Of a DNA stretch of 64,000 bases, positions 17,972 through 27,356 are shown piece after piece. This stretch comes from a virus. Its lineage: Duplodnaviria; Caudoviricetes. Each line of letters opens with the position of its first letter. The stretch's first letter is position 1. The stretch is from positions 44,609 through 108,608 of the IMG/VR virus record IMGVR_UViG_3300028832_000109; one strand, written 5' to 3'. The notes beneath the pieces were generated by a model. It ran no database searches and was not told the origin of the DNA. It saw only the letters and a program-made list of their open reading frames with translations. The translations under genes and the position numbers were made by a program.

Positions 17972-18871
17972 ATGGATAAAAGGGAACTGAACCGCCGAAT
18001 CAACGGGCTGAAGGAGGCCTATCCAGACGAACTGGCCCTAATCGAGGGTATCCAGGACCTGATGAACCGTAAAGTGGAGGTCATTTCCGCACAGGAACGG
18101 CACGCGCTCCGCCAGTTCCCAATGCAGTTCACCCGCAAGGTCAACCTCCCGGACGGGGAGTGGACGACGAAGCTGCACCAGTGGGCCGACAACATGGAGG
18201 AAACCCTCCTCGATATCGACCCGTTAATCCTTACAAGGTCCAACTCGCGAGGGGAGTCCGTGCTCCACGCCCTCGTGTTCGCCGCGACAGGGCGGTTCAC
18301 GCAAATGGTGAACTACGAACTGATTCAGAAGATGCTCAACAAGAACATGAGCTATATCGAGATGGTCATACCCAACAACGTGAACTCCAAGATGGAGGGA
18401 AACGCGTGGATGGCCAAAGATAGCCTGCAGAAGACCCCGATGGACTACCTGGTCGAGTTCGCCAACGGGGACGGCGAGGTGGCCCCGGACGAGCAACTGA
18501 AGCAGATGCTGTACAATTTCGGCACGACCCCGGCCGTGGAGGCCCCGGTCGACAACACTCCCAACATCGAGGAAATCACCGAAATCGACCCGACCGGCAA
18601 TGCCGGACCGACCGACTCCGCCCAGGCAGAGGGGCCCGGGCAGCCACAGGCAAATCCCGGACAACCACAGGAAAATCCATCGCAGCCTCAGGGAACCCCG
18701 GGCCAGCAGCAGGAACCTCCGGGACAGCAGGGGCAGGACGGGGAAGACGACCAGAACATCAACGCCACCGAAGACGAAATACGCGCGGCCGAGTCGGTCG
18801 CGCGGGCTGGCGCTCAGGAAAAACACGAAGAGAACCCTATTCTCGAGACTTTGCTCGGGATGACTCCTTGA
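17972..18871 (+). CDS. Hypothetical protein with ankyrin-like motifs and acidic Gln/Pro tail
   Basis: 'SNSRGESVLHAL' and 'KDSLQKTPMDYL' resemble ankyrin G.T.LH / TP.D motifs. Confidence 0.55.
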   Translation: MDKRELNRRINGLKEAYPDELALIEGIQDLMNRKVEVISAQERHALRQFPMQFTRKVNLPDGEWTTKLHQWADNMEETLLDIDPLILTRSNSRGESVLHALVFAATGRFTQMVNYELIQKMLNKNMSYIEMVIPNNVNSKMEGNAWMAKDSLQKTPMDYLVEFANGDGEVAPDEQLKQMLYNFGTTPAVEAPVDNTPNIEEITEIDPTGNAGPTDSAQAEGPGQPQANPGQPQENPSQPQGTPGQQQEPPGQQGQDGEDDQNINATEDEIRAAESVARAGAQEKHEENPILETLLGMTP

Positions 18872-19145
18872 TTGAATCGACCTCCCGTTCCATACGGGAT
18901 ACCCTGGGGCCTATCCCGGAATCATCCATGAACTTGCGGCTGGCCGTCCCGTCCCGTAGCTCGTCTACCCGGAGCCCGTTCGATATCGCCATGCGAGCCT
19001 CGCGCTCCCCTATCCTGAACTTCTCCATGACGTAGCGGACCTCCGCCGGGATTTCCGGGATTTCCTGCCCGTATTCTTCCTGGAACCGCTTCTCGTCCAT
19101 CTCCGGCCAGACGTAGCCTCCATCGCATGCCGCATTATTTTCCAT
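18837..19145 (-). CDS. Hypothetical protein
   Basis: 102 aa, overlaps the end of the gp62-like gene. Confidence 0.6.
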   Translation of the reverse strand: MENNAACDGGYVWPEMDEKRFQEEYGQEIPEIPAEVRYVMEKFRIGEREARMAISNGLRVDELRDGTASRKFMDDSGIGPRVSRMEREVDSIKESSRAKSRE

Positions 19146-19614
19146 TTCCGTTCACCTTCGCCGCGTGCACCTTGCGTGCCGGGGCCTTCTTTTTCTTGGT
19201 GAGAAGCGCAAGCAGCTTCTCCGGTTCATATATCCGGGCATACCGTTCCTCGATGGCGTCGAGGTCGAACAATCCGTAGCGCAACGTGTGCACCACGTCG
19301 TTATTGCTGAGCCCGGTTACCTTCATGATGTGGTCAATCTGCTCCTTCTTCGCGCGGACGACTTCCCCCTTGGCGATGTTCCAGCGGTTGGACCAGTGGA
19401 CGTTGTTTAGCCCGTTGAATGTCATCGCCTGGATGTCCCTGGGGAGATGGGCGAAAGAGAGCTCGTTCAACTCGTGGGTAATCTTCCGGAGGGACGGGTC
19501 CATCGACAGCGCCTGCACGACGTTGTACAGCTGGAACTCGTCCTTGTCCAGTTCGCTTACGGGAAGTCCCCGGCGCCGGTCGTCGAGAAACTTGAAGAAG
19601 TTGAACGCGGCCAT
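19135..19614 (-). CDS. Clamp loader small subunit (gp62-like)
   Basis: 'FQLYNVVQALSMD...HELN...LPRDIQ'; coupled directly behind the gp44-like gene. Confidence 0.75.
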   Translation of the reverse strand: MAAFNFFKFLDDRRRGLPVSELDKDEFQLYNVVQALSMDPSLRKITHELNELSFAHLPRDIQAMTFNGLNNVHWSNRWNIAKGEVVRAKKEQIDHIMKVTGLSNNDVVHTLRYGLFDLDAIEERYARIYEPEKLLALLTKKKKAPARKVHAAKVNGNGK

Positions 19615-20702
19615 CAGGACACCGCCTTTGGCACGGCAACCTCTTCCAGCGGCATCTTCCCCACCATCTGGTACTGGGCGAGGAGGAGCTGCACGTCGGC
19701 GAGGAACTCCTCGAGGGTGACCATTTGGTTGACCTGCGACTGGGTGGCACGGAGCGCCTTTCCGAGCAAGGAGGCAAACGAGATGGACAGGTAGTCAATC
19801 TGCCCGTTCGTCGGGAGCGGGATGCGTTTCTGGAAGTATACACCAAAGGGGACGTACACGCTTCGGTAGTCCTGGACATGGGTCGACAGGTAATACTGCA
19901 GCTTGCGGAAATCCATCGCAATGGTCAGCTTGTATATGTCGGCGATGGTCTGTTCCCTGATGACGTTCGGGTGGCCAACTATGCTCCCGCCGTTTTCGAG
20001 GAACGTGAGGTGCATCGCGTTAATCATCGCGCGGATGTCCGGGTAGCAAGCCGATATGGTCTCCGCCAGGGTGTCCTTGCTCCACGTCCCCTTGCTGATG
20101 TCGGTCTCGGTCTTCGCAATGTAGCGAAGCCTCTTGTATATGCGGCGCCTGTACTCGACATCGTCCTCCGAGTGGTCGAATGAAATCGGCTGGCAGCGGG
20201 AACGGATGGCCTCACGAATCTGCCAGATTGAGTTGCAGGTAAGTATAAAACGAAGGTTGGACGAGGTTGCCTCGATGAGACTCTGTAGCTTCGTGTAGAA
20301 GGAATCGGGATTGGACGGGTTGTCCGCCTCGTCGATGACGTAGTATTTCGGAAGACCGTTCCCGGACCTGTACATGCCGCCCTCCTCGATTGACTGCAGA
20401 ATCTCGGAGTCGCGCCTGGCATAGATTACCTCGCGCTCGGCGCCAAGCATCAGGGGGAACGCCATGGCCAGGCTCGTCTTCCCTGTACCGGGGGAGCCGG
20501 AATGGAATATGTAGTTGTTGTACCCGCCAAGCTTGATGGCGTTGCGTATGATGTTGTCGAGCCTTGTCGGGAGTATGATTTCGTCCAGGTTCACACCCCG
20601 ATACTTCTCCACCCAGGCACGCGTACGGTCGTCGGACACATTTACCGTTGACTGGTCGTTCTGTAAGGGCTGACCCGTTATAAGGTCCACTTCTTGTTCC
20701 AT
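19614..20702 (-). CDS. Clamp loader large subunit (gp44 / RFC-like AAA+)
   Basis: 'WVEKYR', Walker A GSPGTGKT, Walker B VIDEAD, 'RFILTCN', 'IRSRC'. Confidence 0.95.
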   Translation of the reverse strand: MEQEVDLITGQPLQNDQSTVNVSDDRTRAWVEKYRGVNLDEIILPTRLDNIIRNAIKLGGYNNYIFHSGSPGTGKTSLAMAFPLMLGAEREVIYARRDSEILQSIEEGGMYRSGNGLPKYYVIDEADNPSNPDSFYTKLQSLIEATSSNLRFILTCNSIWQIREAIRSRCQPISFDHSEDDVEYRRRIYKRLRYIAKTETDISKGTWSKDTLAETISACYPDIRAMINAMHLTFLENGGSIVGHPNVIREQTIADIYKLTIAMDFRKLQYYLSTHVQDYRSVYVPFGVYFQKRIPLPTNGQIDYLSISFASLLGKALRATQSQVNQMVTLEEFLADVQLLLAQYQMVGKMPLEEVAVPKAVS

Positions 20703-20720
20703 AGGTTATACCTCGCTACC

Positions 20721-20746
20721 AAATATAGCAAAGACCGGCATAAACT
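20721..20746. promoter_or_regulatory. Back-to-back TTGCTATATTT (minus, clamp loader) and ATAAACT (plus) motifs
   Basis: aaatatagcaa at 20721-20731; ataaact at 20740-20746. Confidence 0.65.
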
Positions 20747-20753
20747 GTCGGAT

Positions 20754-21110
20754 ATGAGCGTCATTCTCAACTTCATGAACAAGGTCACCGAGAAGGACCC
20801 CGAACTCCGGGGCAAGGTCGCCGGCATGTACCGGAACATCTTCGAAAGCTCGGCCACCGACATCAACGCAAAGCAGATTGCCGCACAACCGGGAACTTGC
20901 CAGCAGGGAATAGCCCCGAACGGGCGCCTTGACCGGAACACGGAAATGCCTACGGACGAAACAGTGGCGCGACTGATGAAGAACTCGTACGCGGCCCGGT
21001 TCGGCCAATGGTGCGGCTCGGTTTCTCCGGGAAGGACTTCACTCGGAATGTGGGGTGGTACCGGCCCTCAGAACGTTAACGCGTCCACGGATTCCGGGAC
21101 CACTAAGTAA
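20754..21110 (+). CDS. Hypothetical late protein
   Basis: Start at MSVILNF, 7 nt after ATAAACT; contains 'IFES'. Confidence 0.65.
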   Translation: MSVILNFMNKVTEKDPELRGKVAGMYRNIFESSATDINAKQIAAQPGTCQQGIAPNGRLDRNTEMPTDETVARLMKNSYAARFGQWCGSVSPGRTSLGMWGGTGPQNVNASTDSGTTK

Positions 21111-21434
21111 TCAAACGACGGCGTCTAAATCGACATCGACCCGTTTCGCTTTGGGAGCCATATCATTGATTTCGCCAGCATCGTCCTGGACCTGGGCGCT
21201 AGGTACTTTGTTCACGTGAACAGAAAAATCTACCGATACGTTGTATCTCCCCGTCTCGCGCGTCATGACGCTCGACTCTAGCGCTGCCATAATCTCCTTT
21301 GCAATGCCGTCCGCGAGCTTGCACGATAGTGGCTGAGACACATACTCGCGAAACTCCTCTTTACTGAGAAGAGTAATCATGGGCATACTAAGCGACAATG
21401 AGATAGTCGGAGATTTCGATTCGGACGTCCCCAT
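21111..21434 (-). CDS. Hypothetical protein
   Basis: 107 aa with its own TTGCTATATTT motif at 21465-21475. Confidence 0.65.
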   Translation of the reverse strand: MGTSESKSPTISLSLSMPMITLLSKEEFREYVSQPLSCKLADGIAKEIMAALESSVMTRETGRYNVSVDFSVHVNKVPSAQVQDDAGEINDMAPKAKRVDVDLDAVV

Positions 21435-21492
21435 AAGAATTTCCTATTGATGGTTTCCTGGGGCAAATATAGCAATTAATACACCGGCTGCA

Positions 21493-24480
21493 TCAAATCA
21501 GTTCCAGCATAGCGTCGCTCTCGTCATATTCCAGCTCTTCGGGCCAGCCAACGGCGGTGAAGAGTCGCCCGATGACCTGGGCGACAGACACCTTCCACTG
21601 TTCATCCCAGTCAATATAGAACATGTCTATCAGACGCTGTGGGCAATGGTCCCCGGTATAGCAAATGATACTCACGCCGAAATCATCGTCAGCCTTCTTG
21701 ATGAATTTCATCTTTTCACCGGCGACGACCGGCTCGTACGTTTCCTGCGATAGCACGGGGTCGGTTTCGATAAGGTAGTTCCAGACCGATGCCGCCCGGC
21801 GACGCCAATCCAACTTGGCCAGCTGCTCTTGCGGAAGACGGAGTTGAATCGGGTACGGAATCGGTTCCTCCTTCATGCCGGACGGAATGGAAATCTTCGT
21901 GTAGTCGCCCTTGTCAAGGGCATCGTAGAACTCGCGCTTGATATCGAGCAATCTTTCCCGCACCGCCTTACGGTCCATGGTCTTGAGCATGAGCTTCACC
22001 ATGTCCATCATGCGTTCACGCGAGAAAAGCGTAGTGGAGCTGCGAACGATTTCCAGGCCGGTCACGGCGAAATCCGGAGTGAGCTCCATAGTACCCGTAC
22101 GTACGATGTTCCCGTCCTCGTCCTTCACCGGGTCCTTGTCAAGGTACACAATGTCTTCGTTGGATTCCGCTTCGCAGATGTACTTCTTCTTTGCCGTGAC
22201 GATGGCCTTGTATATGCACTTCTCGCGTTTCAGGAAAAGCTCGTTCTTCAGGTATCCCCAGCGGTTCGCGTAGGCGAGCATGAACTCGTCCAGTTTTTCT
22301 TCCAGTATGACGGCATCCATCATTCGGCAGAAATCCGTCAGGCGGTAGCGGTTATAGATGATGCGGTACCCGTCTCCCCACACGATACCGTCATGGAACA
22401 TAATCTTCACCTTGGTAAGACCGCTCTTCGGGTCAACAACGCGGTTTTCCGGGTCATGCCATGTATCGTGGGCATAGCGGTTGCACATGCGATTAAAGCA
22501 CTTCTTCGATGCGAGTTCTTCATCATCGGAGTTGCCAAAAGTGTACCGCTCAACTTGCTCATGCCCCTTGTACACGATGACCTCTGTGCCCGTGCCCTGT
22601 TTCTGCCGGAAATTCTCGAACAGGTCCCCGACTTTACAGTAGAATGAGTCGGTGTCGCCATGTGACATGCGCTTGTAGAGAATCTGATTGTCAACGTCCT
22701 GCACCGTTCCAAGGTAGTCCGGGTTGATTGTCGGAACGTACCCGAAAGCGTTGATGAACCGCTGGTCCGAGACGACCTCCTCGTTCAAGTAATGGGCCAG
22801 CTGCTCGATGGTGAACTTGATTAGATTGCGTCCATATGCCGTGATTGACGCGGCGTTGTCCACGTCGTAAAGCGGGAAGATGTTGGCGCCGAGCAGGCCG
22901 TATAGCGAGTTTCCAAGGACCTTGTACACCTTCTGCATCATGTCATAGATGTTGGTCATCTCGTGGTCGCCGGCCTTCTTCGCGGCCTTCATCTTATTCT
23001 TCAAGTTCGCACGGCCGTCAAAAAGGAGACGGGTAACCTTCGGGACGATTCCTTCCTTGTCCTTCCGGAAGTATACCTTGTACCGGCCGTTGTGCGTCCA
23101 CGGACTCTCTATGAGAGTAGCACGCTCTTCCGCAGTCATTATGTAGTCGAGAGGCTTAATGACCTTGGTCTCCGGGCTGGTATTGAATGTCATCATTATG
23201 GACGGGTAAAGCGAACGGTAGTCATACGAGACGAGCCACTCGTAGAAACCTGGGATGGAGTAGACAAATGCTCCGGGATACTCCTCCTTCTCCTTCAGCT
23301 TGTATGCCGGGAACACCATGTTGTTCTGGTGGAGGTAGTTCATGACGAACCCCACCAGCATCTTCTTGGACTCGAAAACGAAAGAGAACGGGACGTGGGC
23401 CTCGGCAGCAGCGGCAACGCAGAGCTGGAACATGCGCTCGTGGAGCTCGATTTTCTTCAGAAGCCTGACGTCCTGCCAGTTATACAGGATGAACTGTGAC
23501 CAGTAGTTCTTCCACGACCGATAGCCATCCGGGAGCGGGGCCTTGTGTTCGCCGCACACCTTGTTGCCGATGTAGTCGAGCTTGTACGAAGGCTCCTCGG
23601 TAAAGGTGTACTTGCGGTATAGCGCAAGGAAGTCGATAACTTCGGTACCCGCTATCTGCAGCTCGCCCTTATCTGTCATCCAGGCCTTCTTGAACTGAGC
23701 CGGGAGCCTGGACAACTGCTTGAGTTCTACGCCGAGCTGCTCGGCGCGGTTCGCCATGTACGTAGTATCGTAAGAGAAGTTCCAGCCGGAGAGTATCGCT
23801 ACCTCGTTGCGGCCTATTTCAGAGAAAAGCTGGTTGAGGAGGTCTTTCTCGGTGGCGCACAGGACGTACTTTCCGTTCTCCTTGGCCATCTCCTCCTTGA
23901 CGTAATCCTCGACATCCTTCCCGACCCCGTAGGTTATGTAGTTGTCGGTAGTCGAGAAGTAAATCGTCACACAATTAATTGGGTATTCGGCGCGGTGGGC
24001 CGCTGGAAAGCGGCCTGTAGTCTCCACCTCTATATCGAGGAAGCATATGTTGATTTTCTTCATGTCCGGCTTCAACATGCCGGTATGTTCGTAATGCTTC
24101 TGGAGGAACCTGGCCCGGGGGTCAATGTCTATCTCCGCAATCTCGTTGTGCGGCCCGCGATTGTTGTTCCAAATGTCACGTTCCTTCCTTGTATGGGCAC
24201 GAGCGACATACATGGGTTTCCCGTATATGTCAGTCATACCACATGGTATAGCGCCATACTGCCCGCGGTTTGGCGTATAGAACGTGTTAACGATGCGCTG
24301 CTGCTCCATCGTCCCGTCATCATACCACAGAAACAGGTTGTCTGTATCCCTGTCGTGGTATATGGCCGACCACATCCTGTACTGCTTCGGTGGCTCGTTA
24401 GCGGAGTATAGGCTTGCCGAGCCGATGGCAGTCTGCCAGGTGGTCTGCACCGGGTCACTAGCTGTCATTAACTGTTCCAT
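21493..24480 (-). CDS. Family B DNA polymerase (gp43-like)
   Basis: Exo motifs FLDIEV, GWNFSYD, YNWQDV; polymerase motifs DYRSLYPS, KVLGNSLYG, HGDTDS, KKKY. Confidence 0.97.
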   Translation of the reverse strand: MEQLMTASDPVQTTWQTAIGSASLYSANEPPKQYRMWSAIYHDRDTDNLFLWYDDGTMEQQRIVNTFYTPNRGQYGAIPCGMTDIYGKPMYVARAHTRKERDIWNNNRGPHNEIAEIDIDPRARFLQKHYEHTGMLKPDMKKINICFLDIEVETTGRFPAAHRAEYPINCVTIYFSTTDNYITYGVGKDVEDYVKEEMAKENGKYVLCATEKDLLNQLFSEIGRNEVAILSGWNFSYDTTYMANRAEQLGVELKQLSRLPAQFKKAWMTDKGELQIAGTEVIDFLALYRKYTFTEEPSYKLDYIGNKVCGEHKAPLPDGYRSWKNYWSQFILYNWQDVRLLKKIELHERMFQLCVAAAAEAHVPFSFVFESKKMLVGFVMNYLHQNNMVFPAYKLKEKEEYPGAFVYSIPGFYEWLVSYDYRSLYPSIMMTFNTSPETKVIKPLDYIMTAEERATLIESPWTHNGRYKVYFRKDKEGIVPKVTRLLFDGRANLKNKMKAAKKAGDHEMTNIYDMMQKVYKVLGNSLYGLLGANIFPLYDVDNAASITAYGRNLIKFTIEQLAHYLNEEVVSDQRFINAFGYVPTINPDYLGTVQDVDNQILYKRMSHGDTDSFYCKVGDLFENFRQKQGTGTEVIVYKGHEQVERYTFGNSDDEELASKKCFNRMCNRYAHDTWHDPENRVVDPKSGLTKVKIMFHDGIVWGDGYRIIYNRYRLTDFCRMMDAVILEEKLDEFMLAYANRWGYLKNELFLKREKCIYKAIVTAKKKYICEAESNEDIVYLDKDPVKDEDGNIVRTGTMELTPDFAVTGLEIVRSSTTLFSRERMMDMVKLMLKTMDRKAVRERLLDIKREFYDALDKGDYTKISIPSGMKEEPIPYPIQLRLPQEQLAKLDWRRRAASVWNYLIETDPVLSQETYEPVVAGEKMKFIKKADDDFGVSIICYTGDHCPQRLIDMFYIDWDEQWKVSVAQVIGRLFTAVGWPEELEYDESDAMLELI

Positions 24481-24495
24481 AGGTCTTTATGGAAT

Positions 24496-24505
24496 AAATA
24501 TAGCA
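24496..24505 (-). promoter_or_regulatory. Extended -10 type promoter TGCTATATTT of the polymerase gene
   Basis: Motif lies 16 nt (from TATATT) upstream of the ATG. Confidence 0.7.
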
Positions 24506-24529
24506 CATAGTGGGCGGGGATGCTAGAGA

Positions 24530-24552
24530 AAATCCCGGAAAATCCGGGATTT
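24530..24552 (-). terminator. Probable intrinsic terminator
   Basis: Perfect inverted repeat AAATCCCGGA-aaa-TCCGGGATTT between the late gene 24596 and the polymerase promoter. Confidence 0.7.
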
Positions 24553-24595
24553 ATTAAATGTGTGCTGATGTTCGGATAATCCGATTCGTTAAGAA

Positions 24596-25252
24596 TTAAT
24601 CTTTTTTAGCATCGGATTTTCCCGACTTATTTGCGCCGGGCATTTTCTTGCCAAGGTAAGGTGACAGCTCGTCGATTTTCTTCAAAACCTTCGCTGCATC
24701 GGACTTGGTTTTCTCGTCGACCCCAAGGCCCTTCACGAATCCTTTGAGCATCTCGATTTTTCTTTGCCGGCGGCTTTCCTCGGAAAACTTCTTGTTGGAC
24801 TCGGCACCGGAACGCTGGGTAGCGGCTGCATTCTTGGCGGCAGTGTCGAAACTCCCGGACTTGGGCTTGGGTTCCCCCTTGGCCTCATGGGAAGCATCCT
24901 CGGTCACCAGTTGCGTGACCTGCTTGTCTTCCTTCTTCTCGGTGACGGTGACGTTTTCGGTGACCTGGTCCTTGGTCTGTTTAGTCGGCACCTCGGTGCC
25001 CTTGGCTGCCTTAGAGCCCTTGCTCATGTCAGGGTTCGTTGCCGTCTTGGCCTTGCCGACCTTCTTGGAATCGGCCGTCCAGGTACCGAAGTCCACCTTC
25101 TTTCCTTCGAAAATGCCGATGGACTCGACAATGGGACGGGGGTTCCGGACCTCGTTGTACGGTAGCTGTTCTTCGATTGGCTGATTTGCAATGCTTTCAA
25201 ACAATGCAAGAGTGCGGTCTTCTTCTTCGAGGCTGTAGTAACCAATACCCAT
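24596..25252 (-). CDS. Hypothetical Lys-rich late protein (possible internal head protein)
   Basis: ATAAACT at 25288-25294; ALFES, IVES, IFEG near the N-terminus. Confidence 0.65.
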   Translation of the reverse strand: MGIGYYSLEEEDRTLALFESIANQPIEEQLPYNEVRNPRPIVESIGIFEGKKVDFGTWTADSKKVGKAKTATNPDMSKGSKAAKGTEVPTKQTKDQVTENVTVTEKKEDKQVTQLVTEDASHEAKGEPKPKSGSFDTAAKNAAATQRSGAESNKKFSEESRRQRKIEMLKGFVKGLGVDEKTKSDAAKVLKKIDELSPYLGKKMPGANKSGKSDAKKD

Positions 25253-25317
25253 GTCGATACCTGCCTAAGGAAATGCGTTTTGTGAACAGTTTATAATCCG
25301 AGTCTTCTTTTTTATCG

Positions 25318-26064
25318 CTAAAAGTCCCAATCGAGCAACAACCCGACACGCCCTCGCCATGGTTCGGTGTATTTTGCGGTCATTCCTCTCTTTTTGCAGG
25401 CATTGATAAATTCGTTTGCGGCAACCGGGTCAAATTCTTCCTCATGGAACCATATACCGGTATGGCCGTGTGCCCAGTGAACCTGTCCACTGCTTATCTG
25501 CGACTTTATGCCATCAAGGCCCGGTATTGCCTTGCCGACTTCCTTTTCGGCCGCATCAATCTCGCCAACGAGAAGCTTGTCCTTTTCCTTTTCCAAGGCC
25601 TCGTCGGTGAAGTTTACCCTCATCATGATATCCGTCGCGTTCATTGTCCAGAAGTTTGACCGGATACCGGCATCGGCTAGCATTTGGACCAGTTCCGCCA
25701 TGGTTGACTGCACCACGGGATTGTTTGCCTCGTTCTGTACATTTAAAGCGGATAACTGTATTCTTCCGGTAGGCTCGCGCTCGGACAGTATATCGTTAAG
25801 CCCGGCCAGTATTTTTCTACCGAATGTCCCAAGGACCCTGAGATGATATTTTGCACTTGCAGGACCTTCTGCAGTCGGGGCCTCGTTGGCCAGACCGGAA
25901 ATCTTCTCGTCCAGACGTGCAGAAAAATTCTTAATTCTGTCGCCCACCGGCTGCAGCGTGTATTTTGTTGACTCCATGAGCGCACACTCAGCGAACGCTC
26001 GTTCCGCCGACTCGAAATTGGGACACAACAAGCTCAAATCCATTACCGGCATATCATCCTCCAT
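25318..26064 (-). CDS. Hypothetical late protein
   Basis: ATAAACT at 26075-26081; NFES, ALMES near the N-terminus. Confidence 0.65.
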   Translation of the reverse strand: MEDDMPVMDLSLLCPNFESAERAFAECALMESTKYTLQPVGDRIKNFSARLDEKISGLANEAPTAEGPASAKYHLRVLGTFGRKILAGLNDILSEREPTGRIQLSALNVQNEANNPVVQSTMAELVQMLADAGIRSNFWTMNATDIMMRVNFTDEALEKEKDKLLVGEIDAAEKEVGKAIPGLDGIKSQISSGQVHWAHGHTGIWFHEEEFDPVAANEFINACKKRGMTAKYTEPWRGRVGLLLDWDF

Positions 26065-26119
26065 GTTATTCCATAGTTTATGCTCCAGTCGATAAACTGC
26101 ATTTCACGGAGATACCGCA

Positions 26120-26716
26120 ATGAACAAACCGAGGATTACCACAATGTCGTCTCCCCTTTGGAAAGCACTGGCGACTGGATACCAGGTTTGCCTGGAAAGC
26201 GAGTCATACAATCCCGGACAAGTCCGGGAGGCTACCCGCGAAGAATACGACCGAGTATGCACAGCAATAGCCGAGAACGAGGTAACCGAGTATTATCCCG
26301 GACTTACCCCGGAAGAACACGCGGCCAAGGTGCAGAGCTTCCTTTCCGACAACGACCGGGTGTGGAACTGCCATCTGCACGCCTATACCTATGACGGGAA
26401 CCAGATGCTCGTAACCGTCCCGAACAAGGACGGCAGCTCGTACATCTTCCTGGCATACATCGAGCCGACCAAGCGCGGTACTGGCCTGGCAACGATGGTC
26501 CTGAAGAAGTGCATAGCCGACCACCCGGAAGGCCTGTCCTTGCATACAAACAAGGAGAACCGTCTAGTACGTGGCCTGTGCAAGCATTTCGGGTTCGCCG
26601 AATACCCGTCCAGAATCCCCGACGAGGTATTCATGGCAAACAAGCCCGGTATCGGAGGCGAGGAATGGTGGGACGACCCGGAACAGGAGAAGAGCAATGG
26701 ACCTGAACTTACCTAA
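26120..26716 (+). CDS. GNAT-family acetyltransferase
   Basis: 'YIFLAYIEPTKRGTGLATMVL' (motif A, R.xG.A) and 'LHTNKEN..VRGL..HFGF' (motif B); ATAAACT at 26092-26098. Confidence 0.8.
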   Translation: MNKPRITTMSSPLWKALATGYQVCLESESYNPGQVREATREEYDRVCTAIAENEVTEYYPGLTPEEHAAKVQSFLSDNDRVWNCHLHAYTYDGNQMLVTVPNKDGSSYIFLAYIEPTKRGTGLATMVLKKCIADHPEGLSLHTNKENRLVRGLCKHFGFAEYPSRIPDEVFMANKPGIGGEEWWDDPEQEKSNGPELT

Positions 26717-27356
26717 GACTTCCACGGCCAGCCACGAGCTGCCCATATTCAACGAATTGAGCAAGGAATCCGGACTCCCGGTAAGCGAGATAAAGGCCAG
26801 GTTCCGCAACAAGATGCTCGAACTCCATCAGGAGGCGCTCGACGACCCATCCACGCAGGTGATGGGCGGGGATTCTCAAGAAATGGTGCACAACGCAATC
26901 AACGAGTTGCGCAAGGAACTCCAGCACCCCGAAGAAACATCCAGCGACTCCGAAGAATACGATTCCATCATGGGTTTCGACCCGTCGCAGCCGGTGCCCG
27001 GTGCAGACATCTTCTCATCCGATGGCGGAGGTTTCGGAGGTGGCGGATTCGGTGGAGGGTTCGGTGGCGACATTGGCGGAACCGGTGGTGACATTGGCGG
27101 GTCTGCCGGCGGTGGATTCGGCGGAGGCATAGACAATATGGACCTCGGGTTCTCTGATGAAGGCATGGACGCCGTAAACTCCGTAGCCAGCGAAGGATAC
27201 GAAGACCCGAACATGTCCCCGGCCGAGTCGGCTGGAGAAGTAAACGCCATGTCGGAGCTCGAACCGGACATCCCGGACGGGACCGACAATACTGAAAACG
27301 GCGGTTCCGAAGAACCGCCGCCAGAAAATCCGGAACCCACCGAAGACAACGGCTAG
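26697..27356 (+). CDS. Hypothetical acidic, Gly-rich protein
   Basis: Start at MDLNLPK; GGGFGGGGFGGGFGGDIGGTGGDIGG tract. Confidence 0.7.
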   Translation: MDLNLPKTSTASHELPIFNELSKESGLPVSEIKARFRNKMLELHQEALDDPSTQVMGGDSQEMVHNAINELRKELQHPEETSSDSEEYDSIMGFDPSQPVPGADIFSSDGGGFGGGGFGGGFGGDIGGTGGDIGGSAGGGFGGGIDNMDLGFSDEGMDAVNSVASEGYEDPNMSPAESAGEVNAMSELEPDIPDGTDNTENGGSEEPPPENPEPTEDNG

